From positions 1 through 59,941 of the forward strand of contig JAEWRF010000228.1 in NCBI GenBank assembly GCA_023460155.1: a DNA stretch of 59,941 nt, given 5' to 3'. The notes under the pieces are model-generated. The model ran no database searches, was not told the DNA's origin, and saw only the letters and a program-made list of their open reading frames with translations. Below are positions 21,175 to 29,758 of this stretch, piece by piece. Position 1 is the first letter of the stretch. Every line of letters starts with the position of its first letter. The position numbers were made by a program, and so were the translations under genes. The stretch is from Bacillota bacterium (GTDB lineage Bacteria > Bacillota > Clostridia > Oscillospirales > Acutalibacteraceae).

Positions 21175-21387
21175 TGTAAGGCACAGAAAAATGCAAAGCA
21201 GGCAGGCGGTATTGGAAGTACCGTCTGCCCTGCATACGGAGACTAGCCCTCCATACGCAGCGGGAAACCCGCGCATCGCAGATTCATTATACTTCTCCGT
21301 TCTCTTTTTGTACAGAGAAGATAGGAGAGTTTCGCTGTGCATTCCAAACGCCTGTGTATGGGTTCCGATCCGTACAGGCGTTTTTTT
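21175..21387 (+). ncRNA. Candidate structured RNA or leader with own promoter and terminator
   Basis: TTGTGA-17-TATAAT (21141-21169), several stems, terminator 21346-21387 with T7. Confidence 0.5.
21186..21279 (-). ncRNA. Candidate antisense small RNA (~90 nt)
   Basis: TGTACA-17-TATAAT on minus strand (21314-21286); hairpin 21198-21233 followed by TTTGCATTTTT. Confidence 0.45.
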
Positions 21388-21555
21388 GTCGCCTTGCGGA
21401 GGATGCCGCGGGGCCGCCCGTAAGGGCGGGGCCCTGCGCGCCGAATCCGACAGGCTGCGGGCCCGGCGCCGGTTTTTTCGTTTTGGAAGGCAATGACGTT
21501 TTGTGAAAAGAAGTGTCGTTTTTTAAAGATCACCGGTCGCTTACGGCAACGCGCA

Positions 21556-21602
21556 AGAAAAGGGACAGGAAGGGAGAACCCTTCCTGTCCCTTTTCTGTT
21601 TT
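21556..21602 (+). terminator. Strong intrinsic terminator
   Basis: AGAAAAGGGACAGGAAGGG-AGAA-CCCTTCCTGTCCCTTTTCT perfect stem. Confidence 0.8.
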
Positions 21603-21702
21603 CCGGCGCGGGGGAAACCGTATTATTGCAATTGGGAATCATCGTGCTATAATAAAAATCAGACCATCGGGAAAACTCCGGGTCGATAAGGAGAATATAA
21701 AA

Positions 21703-22152
21703 ATGAAAAAATGCCTCATCATTTATTATTCCTACCATCACGGCAACACGAAAAAGGTGGCCGAGGCCATGGCAGAGGCCTGCGGGGCGGAGCTCTGCCC
21801 GATGGAAGAAGCCGGCGGAAAAAATCTGGACGGCTATGAAATCATCGGGCTCGGCGCGGGAATTGACCGCGGCAGGCACTACGCTCCGCTGTTTGACGCT
21901 GCCGAAAAGCTGAATTTCAAGGGCAGGAGCGTGTTCGTCTTTTCCACCAGCGGGACGGGGAATAAAAGCTACAACGACGCCCTGATTCAAAAGCTGAAGG
22001 AAGCGGGCGCGGCCGTCGCGGGAAACTTTACGTGCCGCGGATACGACACCCAGGTTCTCAGGCTGATCGGCGGAATCGCGAAGGGCCATCCGGACGCCCG
22101 GGAACTCGAAGCCGCGAAAGCGTTTGCCAAAAGCATGGTGAAAGACAGCTGA
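21703..22152 (+). CDS. Flavodoxin family protein
   Basis: 'YYSYHHGNTKKVA' FMN loop, 'KGHPD'; AAGGAG RBS. Confidence 0.88.
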   Translation: MKKCLIIYYSYHHGNTKKVAEAMAEACGAELCPMEEAGGKNLDGYEIIGLGAGIDRGRHYAPLFDAAEKLNFKGRSVFVFSTSGTGNKSYNDALIQKLKEAGAAVAGNFTCRGYDTQVLRLIGGIAKGHPDARELEAAKAFAKSMVKDS

Positions 22153-22209
22153 ACAAAAAGAGGAGCAGACAGCGTGTCTGCTCCTTGTTTTATTGCTTTG
22201 CTCTCAGGC

Positions 22210-24078
22210 TCAGTCTGCCACAATGGGCATATCGCCGGGCTCGTGGGAAGCGCCCTTGAAATAGATATCGTACCATACAAGAAAGATGAAGGCCGTCCAG
22301 ATCTGGCGGCTGTAATCGCATTTTCCGGCAAAATGCGTGTTCAGGTACCGGAGCAGCTCGTCCGTGTTGAAAAATTCCTCCGCTGTTTTGGAGGTAAAGG
22401 CCTGCTTTACAATATTATAGTATTTTTCCTCGCGCAGCCATACGCGGATCGGCACCGGGAAACCGAGCTTTTTCTTCTGGGCGGTTGCCTCCGGCAGATG
22501 CCGGGCCGCAGCCTTGCGCATGGTATATTTGGTGTTCTGTTTGTTGACTTTCAGGTTTTTCGGGATGCGGGAGGCAACCTCAAACACTTTTTTGTCGAGG
22601 AACGGCACGCGGAGCTCCAGCGAATTCGCCATGCTCATGCGGTCGGCCTTTAGCAGGATATCGCCCACCATCCAGACGTTGATGTCAAGGTACTGCATCT
22701 TGGTAACATCGTCCTGATCCTGCACGCGGTCGAAATAGGGCTTGGTGATCTCCTGCGGCATGCTCACGGGGATGTCGCTTTTGAGCAGACGGCGTTTTTC
22801 CTCCAGCGTAAACATGCTGCAGTTGCCGATGAAATGCCCCTCGATGGGCAGAGCGGCGCGGATGAGGAAGTTCTTGCCCTTAAACGAGAACGGAATCTTT
22901 TTCGCCACTGCCGCAAAGAAGCGGCGGAGCCAGAGCGGAAGCTTCTGGTACCCGGCGAGATCGTCCGGTTCGTGGTAAATATTGTAGCCGCCGAACAGCT
23001 CGTCGCTGCCCTCGCCGGAGAGCACAACTTTCACATAGTCGCGCGCGATTTTGGAAACGAAATAGAGTGCGATGCAGGAGGCGTCCGCCAGAGGCTGATC
23101 CATGTGGTACATCACCTTGCGGATGTTTCCCCAGTATTCGTCGGGCGAAATGGTTTTGTAATGGTGCTCGAGGCCGATCTTTTCCGAAAGTTCCTTCGCG
23201 TAGCCGATCTCGTTGTAGTGCTCGTCCTCGCCGAAGCCGACGGTGAAGGTTTTCTGCCCCTCGAAGAAGGTGGAAACATAGCTCGAATCCACGCCGCTCG
23301 ACAGGAAGCACCCGACCTCGACGTCGCTGATCTTGTGCGCCTCCACGGAATCCGCGAAGACCTTCTCGATCTGGGAGACCGCCTCGTCCTCCGTCATGTT
23401 CTCGTCCGGGTCGAATTTCGGTTCCCAGTAGCGGTGCGTCTCCACCTGGCCGTCGCGGTACCAGAGGTAATGCGCGGGCATCAGGCAGAAGACGTTCTCA
23501 AAAAACGTCTCGGGCGGCACCATATATTCAAAGGAAATGTAGTTGCTTAGCGCATTCCGGTTCAGTTTCTTTTCAAAACCGGGGAATTCGAGGATGCTCT
23601 TGATTTCGCTGGCATAGACGAAGTTATCGCCCACCTGCGTGTAGTGCATCGGCTTGATTCCGAAGAAATCGCGGGCGATGAACAGGCTTTTGTCGTTTTT
23701 ATTCCAGATGGCGAACGCGAACATGCCGCGCAGCTTGTTGAGCAGCTCTTCATGCCACTCCTCAAAGCCGTGAACCAGCACCTCGCTGTCGGTCTGGGTG
23801 GTAAACGTGTGCCCTTTCGCGATCAGGATCTCGCGGAGCTGCTGGTAATTGTAGATTTCGCCGTTGAACATCAGCACCAGAGAACGGTCTTCGTTATAGA
23901 TCGGCTGGTCGCCTGCGTTCAGGTCGATGATGCTCAGGCGCCGGAAGCCCATTGAGATGTTCCCATCCGAAAAAACGCCGTTGGAATCCGGCCCCCGGTG
24001 GGTGATCACATCCGTCATGTTTTTGATGACCGCGTCGCGGTCAATCACTTCCCCCGTAAAGCCACACAATCCGCACAT
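22210..24078 (-). CDS. asnB: Asparagine synthase (glutamine-hydrolysing)
   Basis: N-terminal MCG, 'HRGPD', 'NGEIYN', 'LSSGVDSS', 'SGEGSDELFGGY'. Confidence 0.95.
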   Translation of the reverse strand: MCGLCGFTGEVIDRDAVIKNMTDVITHRGPDSNGVFSDGNISMGFRRLSIIDLNAGDQPIYNEDRSLVLMFNGEIYNYQQLREILIAKGHTFTTQTDSEVLVHGFEEWHEELLNKLRGMFAFAIWNKNDKSLFIARDFFGIKPMHYTQVGDNFVYASEIKSILEFPGFEKKLNRNALSNYISFEYMVPPETFFENVFCLMPAHYLWYRDGQVETHRYWEPKFDPDENMTEDEAVSQIEKVFADSVEAHKISDVEVGCFLSSGVDSSYVSTFFEGQKTFTVGFGEDEHYNEIGYAKELSEKIGLEHHYKTISPDEYWGNIRKVMYHMDQPLADASCIALYFVSKIARDYVKVVLSGEGSDELFGGYNIYHEPDDLAGYQKLPLWLRRFFAAVAKKIPFSFKGKNFLIRAALPIEGHFIGNCSMFTLEEKRRLLKSDIPVSMPQEITKPYFDRVQDQDDVTKMQYLDINVWMVGDILLKADRMSMANSLELRVPFLDKKVFEVASRIPKNLKVNKQNTKYTMRKAAARHLPEATAQKKKLGFPVPIRVWLREEKYYNIVKQAFTSKTAEEFFNTDELLRYLNTHFAGKCDYSRQIWTAFIFLVWYDIYFKGASHEPGDMPIVAD

Positions 24079-24203
24079 TGCAATACCCTTCCTTACTTTA
24101 ACACAGGCCGCCGATAAATCCGCCGGCAAAACGCCCGGCAGGCCTTCGGCGGCCGCACCTCAATCCAGAACTAAAAATAGTGTGCTCCCCACACCGGGCT
24201 TGT

Positions 24204-24860
24204 TTATTCGGCTTCGCCGCGGTATTCTTCCAGAATTTTCCCCGCCGTTACGGAATCCACCGGCAGGAATCCGCTTCCCGCGGAAATTCCCGCATTTTTT
24301 ACGATCTCAAGGGATTTGCGGTACGCGTCCATCCGCGTGCTTCTGCCGACGGGCTCGTCCGCCCCTTCCGGAAAAAAGGAAAAAGTGATCTTGTTTTCCG
24401 CTTCGTCGCAAAAGCAGAAATAGCCGTTCGACGCCTTTTTGCCGTATTTCTGTTCCAGGACCCCAGAGAGCGCGAGCTTTACCAGCTCCACCGCGGCATC
24501 GTCGAGCCCCGCCTCAAAAATCAGCACTTTTTCCTTCAGGCCCGCCAGCGTGGAAACCATCCGCTTTTTCACCCCGGAAAGCTGAGGAAACTTCTCCTCG
24601 GCGTCCGCCGTTTCTGATTTTCCGCAGCCGTTCGGCTCCACGTAAACCATGAACCGCCGCTCGGGGTCGTGATACAGGCACGGATACATCAGCTGGGCCG
24701 TGTAGCCGCACTGAGGGCACTTCCAGTCGAACAGGGTTTCGTCAAGCACGCGTTCCCGAAGCTCGGGGTTGTCCCGCGCGCTGATTGCCGGCCACATGCC
24801 GGTTTTCACCGCCGCGCCGCAGTGCGGACATCCCACTTCCTTGCTAATTTGCGTCGACAT
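24204..24860 (-). CDS. CpXC domain protein
   Basis: CPHC and CPQC motifs, 'LYHDP'. Confidence 0.8.
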   Translation of the reverse strand: MSTQISKEVGCPHCGAAVKTGMWPAISARDNPELRERVLDETLFDWKCPQCGYTAQLMYPCLYHDPERRFMVYVEPNGCGKSETADAEEKFPQLSGVKKRMVSTLAGLKEKVLIFEAGLDDAAVELVKLALSGVLEQKYGKKASNGYFCFCDEAENKITFSFFPEGADEPVGRSTRMDAYRKSLEIVKNAGISAGSGFLPVDSVTAGKILEEYRGEAE

Positions 24861-25009
24861 TCGCTCTTCTCCTTATTCTCTGCGTGTTCGTTCATTATAT
24901 CACAAGAACATAAAAAAAGGAATAGATGAAATACTACTGTTATGAAACGCGGATTTGCGGTATAATATTGGAAAAGCAAGGCCGCAGTGAGCGGCAGGGA
25001 GGCAGCATT

Positions 25010-25510
25010 ATGGGTTTTTTAAAAAACGTTACCGATTCGATGGGCCGCGCGGCAGGCTTCGTGGTAGAACAGAACCACAGGGCGGCTTTGGCCAACCGTC
25101 TCAAAATCGTCATCCGCAATGAAAAAGAGGTTCAGGCCCGTGCTTATATCGAGCTCGGAAAATACTACTACCAGAATCTCCGCGACCCCGAAAACCCCCA
25201 GGCTGAACGGCTCTGCACCGCCGTTGAAAACTCCGGCAGCCGCCTGAAGCGCGCGTTTGAAAAGCTGGATGAGCTGGTCGCCCCCGCGGGCTTCCCGGGC
25301 GAAGCGGACGGGGAAGCCGACGTGTACGATCCCGAAGCCGCCGACGCGGCGGGACCCGACTCCTTCCTGACCTCGGCCGAGCCGGACGAACCCTCGAAGG
25401 AGGAGGACGACGAGTTTTTTCGCCCCTTCTCCGAAGCGAAGGACAAGAACGGCTGCTGCTGCCCCCCGGACGAGGAAGCTGCGGACGACGGAATCCACGA
25501 GGTCCCATGA
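25010..25510 (+). CDS. Hypothetical protein with acidic tail
   Basis: GGAGG RBS; helical N-terminus 'YIELGKYYY'; ATGA overlap with mnmA. Confidence 0.7.
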   Translation: MGFLKNVTDSMGRAAGFVVEQNHRAALANRLKIVIRNEKEVQARAYIELGKYYYQNLRDPENPQAERLCTAVENSGSRLKRAFEKLDELVAPAGFPGEADGEADVYDPEAADAAGPDSFLTSAEPDEPSKEEDDEFFRPFSEAKDKNGCCCPPDEEAADDGIHEVP

Positions 25511-26613
25511 GCAAAGGAAAGGTTCTTCTCGGCATGAGCGGCGGCGTGGACAGTTCCGTCGCCGCTCTTCTTTTGCTGCGGCAGGGGTACGACGTTACGG
25601 GCGTGACGCTTCGCCTGCGCCCGGACGAATTCTCCGGGCGCATTTCGGGCGGCTGCTGCTCGTTAAGCGACATCGAGGACGCCCGGCGCGTCTGCTACAA
25701 ACTCGGCATCGACCATCTCGTGCTCAACTTCATCGACCTCTTCGAGCGGGACGTGATCGCCGACTTTGCCGCGCAGTATGCCACGGGCCTCACCCCGAAC
25801 CCCTGCATCGCCTGCAACCGGCACATCAAATTCGGCGCCATGCTGCGGCGCGCGGAGCTGCTCGGCTTCGATTTCATCGCAACCGGGCATTACGCGCTGA
25901 TTGAGCAAAGCCCCGCGGGGCGGTATCTCCTCAAAAAATCGCCCGCGGCCAAGGACCAGAGCTATGTTCTCTACATGCTCACGCAGGAGCAGCTTGCGCA
26001 CACCCTGCTGCCGGTCGGGAGCTATTCGAAACCGGAGATCCGCGCCCTCGCGGAGGAAGCGGGGCTGACGGTGGCCAAAAAGCCGGACAGCCAGGAAATC
26101 TGCTTCGTGGAGGACGACGACTACGCCGGGTTCCTGGAGCGCTACACGGGCAAGAAAGCCCCGCCGGGCGATTTTCTCGACACGGCGGGACAGGTGCTCG
26201 GGAAGCACCGGGGCATCACGCATTACACGGTCGGTCAGCGCAAGGGCCTCGGCGTGTCGTTCGGCCGCCCGATGTACGTGACCTCCGTCGACGCGGAACA
26301 TAACGCGGTGACGCTCGGGGAGGAAGGCAGCCAGTACTCCTCCGTCCTCACGGCCCGGAAAATCAATTACATTCCGTTCGATGCGCCCGACGGCGAACTG
26401 CAGGTCGAGGCGAAGGCGCGCTACGCGGCAAGGCCCGCGAAGGCGAAGCTCATTCCGCTGGAAAACGGCCGGGCCCGCGTGGAGTTTCAGGAGCCGCAGC
26501 GGGCGGTCACGCCCGGACAGGCCGTCGTCTTCTATGACGGCGACGTCGTCCTCGGCGGAGGAACCATCGAACGGCCTGAAACCGGAACGACGGATCAAAG
26601 TTTAAGCCGTTAA
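25507..26613 (+). CDS. mnmA: tRNA 2-thiouridylase MnmA
   Basis: 'MSGGVDSS', 'TPNPCIACN', 'ATGHYA', 'KDQSY', 'DSQEICF', 'TPGQ'. Confidence 0.98.
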   Translation: MSKGKVLLGMSGGVDSSVAALLLLRQGYDVTGVTLRLRPDEFSGRISGGCCSLSDIEDARRVCYKLGIDHLVLNFIDLFERDVIADFAAQYATGLTPNPCIACNRHIKFGAMLRRAELLGFDFIATGHYALIEQSPAGRYLLKKSPAAKDQSYVLYMLTQEQLAHTLLPVGSYSKPEIRALAEEAGLTVAKKPDSQEICFVEDDDYAGFLERYTGKKAPPGDFLDTAGQVLGKHRGITHYTVGQRKGLGVSFGRPMYVTSVDAEHNAVTLGEEGSQYSSVLTARKINYIPFDAPDGELQVEAKARYAARPAKAKLIPLENGRARVEFQEPQRAVTPGQAVVFYDGDVVLGGGTIERPETGTTDQSLSR

Positions 26614-26645
26614 AAACGGCTGATCGGTTTAGATGTTAAGATTGA

Positions 26646-26783
26646 TTGGCGGGACAGTTTTTCAACTGTTCCCGCCGTTTTTATACCCTTTATACTGGCG
26701 CAGCTTGAAACCGTCCCGCCAAAACGAACTACAATTTTTCCGCCGCACTGAACGGCGGGCCCTTGAAAACGGGCTCGGACCGC
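26646..26783. repeat. Dispersed repeat: partial inverted core plus full copy
   Basis: TTGGCGGGACAGTTTTT at 26646; CCCGCC(26715)-33nt-GGCGGG-9nt-degenerate hairpin 26769-26783 adjacent to a stop codon. Confidence 0.75.
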
Positions 26784-27383
26784 TCAGCGTGCCGGCTGTG
26801 AAGAATCGGTTGTAAAAAACAGATCAATCCCTTCGGTCGAGCCGTCGGGTTTTTCCCCATTAAAGCTCGAAAACGGTGCAGGCTGAATTGTTTTGCCGGT
26901 TTTGTCCACCGCAGGCATCACATTTTTCGGTACCCGGTCCCCCGTAATGGTGTCCATCGTTTTGCCCTCGTGCCTGCAGACAAGCGTAACGCTGTCGATT
27001 CCGGCGGAAAAAGGGCCGGCAGTCAGTTCTTCACGCACCGCCTCCAACACGAACAAGTAGCTGGTCATCATCAAATCACGCTGCGGCGAGTACTGACCGT
27101 TTTTTATCTCATTTTGGGTTGGCTTCGTTTCTTTTTCCGGGGAAGCGTTCGGGAACTCCAGTGTCACGGTCAGCGCAGACCCCGACTTCGCACACGAAAC
27201 CACCTGCGCATTTACCGTTCCGATGCGCCTCGCCAGCCGGTCGGAAAGCGAAATTCCGACGTTCCGTTCCAGAACGACTCCGAGCACAGTGCCGCCCAGC
27301 AGCGCAATTGCCGTCAGGGCTATCGTGCAAAAACGACGGTGCTTTTTTACGGTATCTCCCACAAACGAAAGCGAAATTTTCAT
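26784..27383 (-). CDS. Hypothetical membrane-anchored protein
   Basis: One N-terminal TM; GAGGTG RBS before ATG 27383. Confidence 0.65.
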   Translation of the reverse strand: MKISLSFVGDTVKKHRRFCTIALTAIALLGGTVLGVVLERNVGISLSDRLARRIGTVNAQVVSCAKSGSALTVTLEFPNASPEKETKPTQNEIKNGQYSPQRDLMMTSYLFVLEAVREELTAGPFSAGIDSVTLVCRHEGKTMDTITGDRVPKNVMPAVDKTGKTIQPAPFSSFNGEKPDGSTEGIDLFFTTDSSQPAR

Positions 27384-27538
27384 GGAAAGCACCTCTTTCC
27401 CCTCCATTTTAATCCCGTTTGTGAAAAAAGCAAGCGTTATATTCTACTTTGGGGCAATTTCAGCGTCCGCCGGAATTTCTTGACATTTTGCCGAATTGAA
27501 AATACAATAAAGAAAAAAGTGGAAAAGAGGCACACATC

Positions 27539-27889
27539 ATGTCGGACAAGCTCCAGAAAAGGGTTATTTTTGGGTTCCTCGGCGCGATTGTGCTCTATTT
27601 TGCGGTTATGAGCTTCTTCGTGTGGAACGGCAAAAGCCCGGTATCCCGCTATCTTCAGGACACGCAGCCCGTTTCCTCGGAGGCGGGGCTTTCCTATGAG
27701 GCCTCCTACACCGTGAACGGGCAGACGATTTCCGTGACGGTACCCGCGCAGGAGGACTCCGTCAGCCTGGAAACGGCGCGGGACATCGCGGCGGTTGGCA
27801 TTCTGAACTCGGCCGACCAGCTCGGCCTGACGCTCCCCGATCACTTCGAGCAGGACATCAAAATCGTTCCATCCACGGAGAAGCAATGA
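27539..27889 (+). CDS. Hypothetical membrane-anchored protein
   Basis: N-terminal TM; TTGACA-17-TACAAT promoter at 27480-27508. Confidence 0.7.
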   Translation: MSDKLQKRVIFGFLGAIVLYFAVMSFFVWNGKSPVSRYLQDTQPVSSEAGLSYEASYTVNGQTISVTVPAQEDSVSLETARDIAAVGILNSADQLGLTLPDHFEQDIKIVPSTEKQ

Positions 27890-27895
27890 ATTGCC

Positions 27896-29374
27896 TTATA
27901 AATCTATAACCAGCGTGGCGACGGCCTCCTGAAACGCGCGATCGTGCTCCACCAGAACCATGGTGGGTTTAAATTCCCGGATCAGCGTTTCGAGCTGCAT
28001 CCGCGAAAGAACGTCCACATAATTGAGCGGTTCATCCCAGACATACAGGTGCGCCGGCCGGCATAAACTCGCAGCCAGCAGCACCTTTTTCTTTTGCCCC
28101 TCGCTGTAGCCGGAAAGGTCCTTTTCAAACTGCTCCCGCGAAAAATTCAGCTTGCGCAGGATGGCCCGGAACAGACTTTCGTCAAGATTCCGCTCCCGCT
28201 CGAAATCGCGCAGGCCGCCGGAAAGCCCGGAGCAGTCCTGCGGGACGCAGGAAATCACGAGCCCGCCGCCCCGGGTTAAAGTGCCGGAATGCGGCACGTT
28301 CTCCCCTTCCAGCAGCTTTAAAATGCTGGATTTTCCCGCGCCGTTCGCGCCGCGCAGGAGCAGGCGGTCGCCGCTTTTGATGCGGAATGAAACCGGCCCG
28401 CAGACTTTTCGGTCTCCGTAGTTAATTTCCAGACCGATGGCCTCCGCCAGCACCGGCTTCGGATACGGCATCGGGTGGATTTTCAGCTCCTCGGCGGAAT
28501 CGACGTTCCGGAGCAGCTTCGATTTTTCCTCCAGCTCGGCCTGACGGCGCGCCTCGATCGACTTCGCGCGTTTCATCAGCTTGGCGGCCTGATGCCCGAC
28601 ATGCCCTTTATCCGGTTTCAGCCCGGAATCGAGCCTGCCGTTTTTGGTCTTTTCCACCTGTGCGGACCACCCGGAAGCGCGGCGCTGGGCCTCCGCGAGT
28701 TTTGCGGCGCTCTTTTCGAGTTTTTCGTTTTCCGCGAACTCAAATGCGTCCCTTTTCTGTTTGTTCTCCCGCCACGAAGAAAAATTCCCCCGCTGAATCT
28801 CGATGTTCGCGCGGTTGATCGATAGAATGTGATCCACGCAGGAATCGAGGAATGCGCGGTCGTGCGAGACGAGGAGAAACCCCTTTTTCCGGTTTAGATA
28901 CCGTCCGACCAGCTCTCTCCCGGTGAGGTCGAGATGGTTGGTCGGCTCGTCGATCAGCAGAAATCGGTTTTCCCGCAGAAACAGGGCGGCGAGCAGGAGC
29001 TTGGTCTGCTCCCCGCGGCTCAGCGTGGAAAACGGGCGCTCAAGGACGTCCTCCGGGACGTTCAGCAGCGAAAGCTCCCGCTGAATCTGCCAATCCTCGG
29101 CGTCCGGCGCGGCACAGCGGAGAACATGGAGGGATTCCCGCCCGGGCTCGGGCACCGCGAACGGAAAATAATCGAACCCGACCGGAGAGGAAATCGTTCC
29201 CCGGTATTCGTATCTGCCCATCAGCAGGTTCAGAAAGGTGGTTTTCCCCTTTCCGTTCCGGCCGGTAAAGCCGAGTTTCCAATCGGTATCGAACTCAAAG
29301 GACACGTTTTCGAACACGTTGTCCGCACTGCCTTCGTATCCGAAGGTCAGATTTTCTATTTTTATCTGTGACAA
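27896..29374 (-). CDS. Lsa-like ABC-F ribosomal protection protein
   Basis: Two NBDs, no TM; N-terminus 'FDTDWKLGFTGRNGKGKTT' and 'YVWDEPLNY' resemble the Lsa family; TTG start after GGGAGA. Confidence 0.85.
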   Translation of the reverse strand: MSQIKIENLTFGYEGSADNVFENVSFEFDTDWKLGFTGRNGKGKTTFLNLLMGRYEYRGTISSPVGFDYFPFAVPEPGRESLHVLRCAAPDAEDWQIQRELSLLNVPEDVLERPFSTLSRGEQTKLLLAALFLRENRFLLIDEPTNHLDLTGRELVGRYLNRKKGFLLVSHDRAFLDSCVDHILSINRANIEIQRGNFSSWRENKQKRDAFEFAENEKLEKSAAKLAEAQRRASGWSAQVEKTKNGRLDSGLKPDKGHVGHQAAKLMKRAKSIEARRQAELEEKSKLLRNVDSAEELKIHPMPYPKPVLAEAIGLEINYGDRKVCGPVSFRIKSGDRLLLRGANGAGKSSILKLLEGENVPHSGTLTRGGGLVISCVPQDCSGLSGGLRDFERERNLDESLFRAILRKLNFSREQFEKDLSGYSEGQKKKVLLAASLCRPAHLYVWDEPLNYVDVLSRMQLETLIREFKPTMVLVEHDRAFQEAVATLVIDL

Positions 29375-29393
29375 TTCGATTCTCCCATCAATC

Positions 29394-29645
29394 CGAAAGG
29401 GCCGCGGGAAATTTCTTTCCCGCGGCCCTTCAACTGACGTAACAAGGACAAAACACCGTTTTTCCATGAAAACGGCGTTTTATCCCTCCGAAAAGGAGCC
29501 CGGATGCGAAAATTTCCTGCGGCCGCACGGCAAAGCAGGCAGACGTTCCCCGTCCGCCATGCGGCGATCAATGAACCGCCAAAGCGGTCCCCTTGAAAAT
29601 TCAGCAGGAAATTTTGCGCATCTTCCCAACTCCAATCGTGATGAT
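29394..29645 (-). promoter_or_regulatory. Attenuator-type 5' leader of the ABC-F gene
   Basis: Promoter TTGACA-17-TATGAT (29680-29652), uORF, its complement at 29503-29520, GC hairpin 29395-29431 before the RBS. Confidence 0.75.
29601..29621 (-). CDS. Leader peptide MRKISC
   Basis: ATGCGCAAAATTTCCTGCTGA preceded by GGAG/GGGAAG. Confidence 0.6.
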   Translation of the reverse strand: MRKISC

Positions 29646-29681
29646 AGCTCCATCATATCGACGGCGCGCCGTTTTGTCAAG

Positions 29682-29733
29682 CGAAAATTTGTTCGTCTTT
29701 CCCTTGTAAGGAACATACGTTTTGTGCTATACT
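29682..29733 (+). promoter_or_regulatory. Two LexA (SOS) boxes and promoter of radical SAM operon
   Basis: CGAAAATTTGTTCG and GGAACATACGTTTT vs Firmicute CGAAC-N4-GTTCG; second lies between TTGTAA and TGcTATACT. Confidence 0.7.
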
Positions 29734-29758
29734 GAATCAAACGAAAAGAGGGAACGGC

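Noticed and set aside
21175..21387. 6S RNA, SRP RNA or known riboswitch
   Set aside because: Multi-branched rather than rod-like, and no recognisable signature motifs by eye; an Rfam search is still needed
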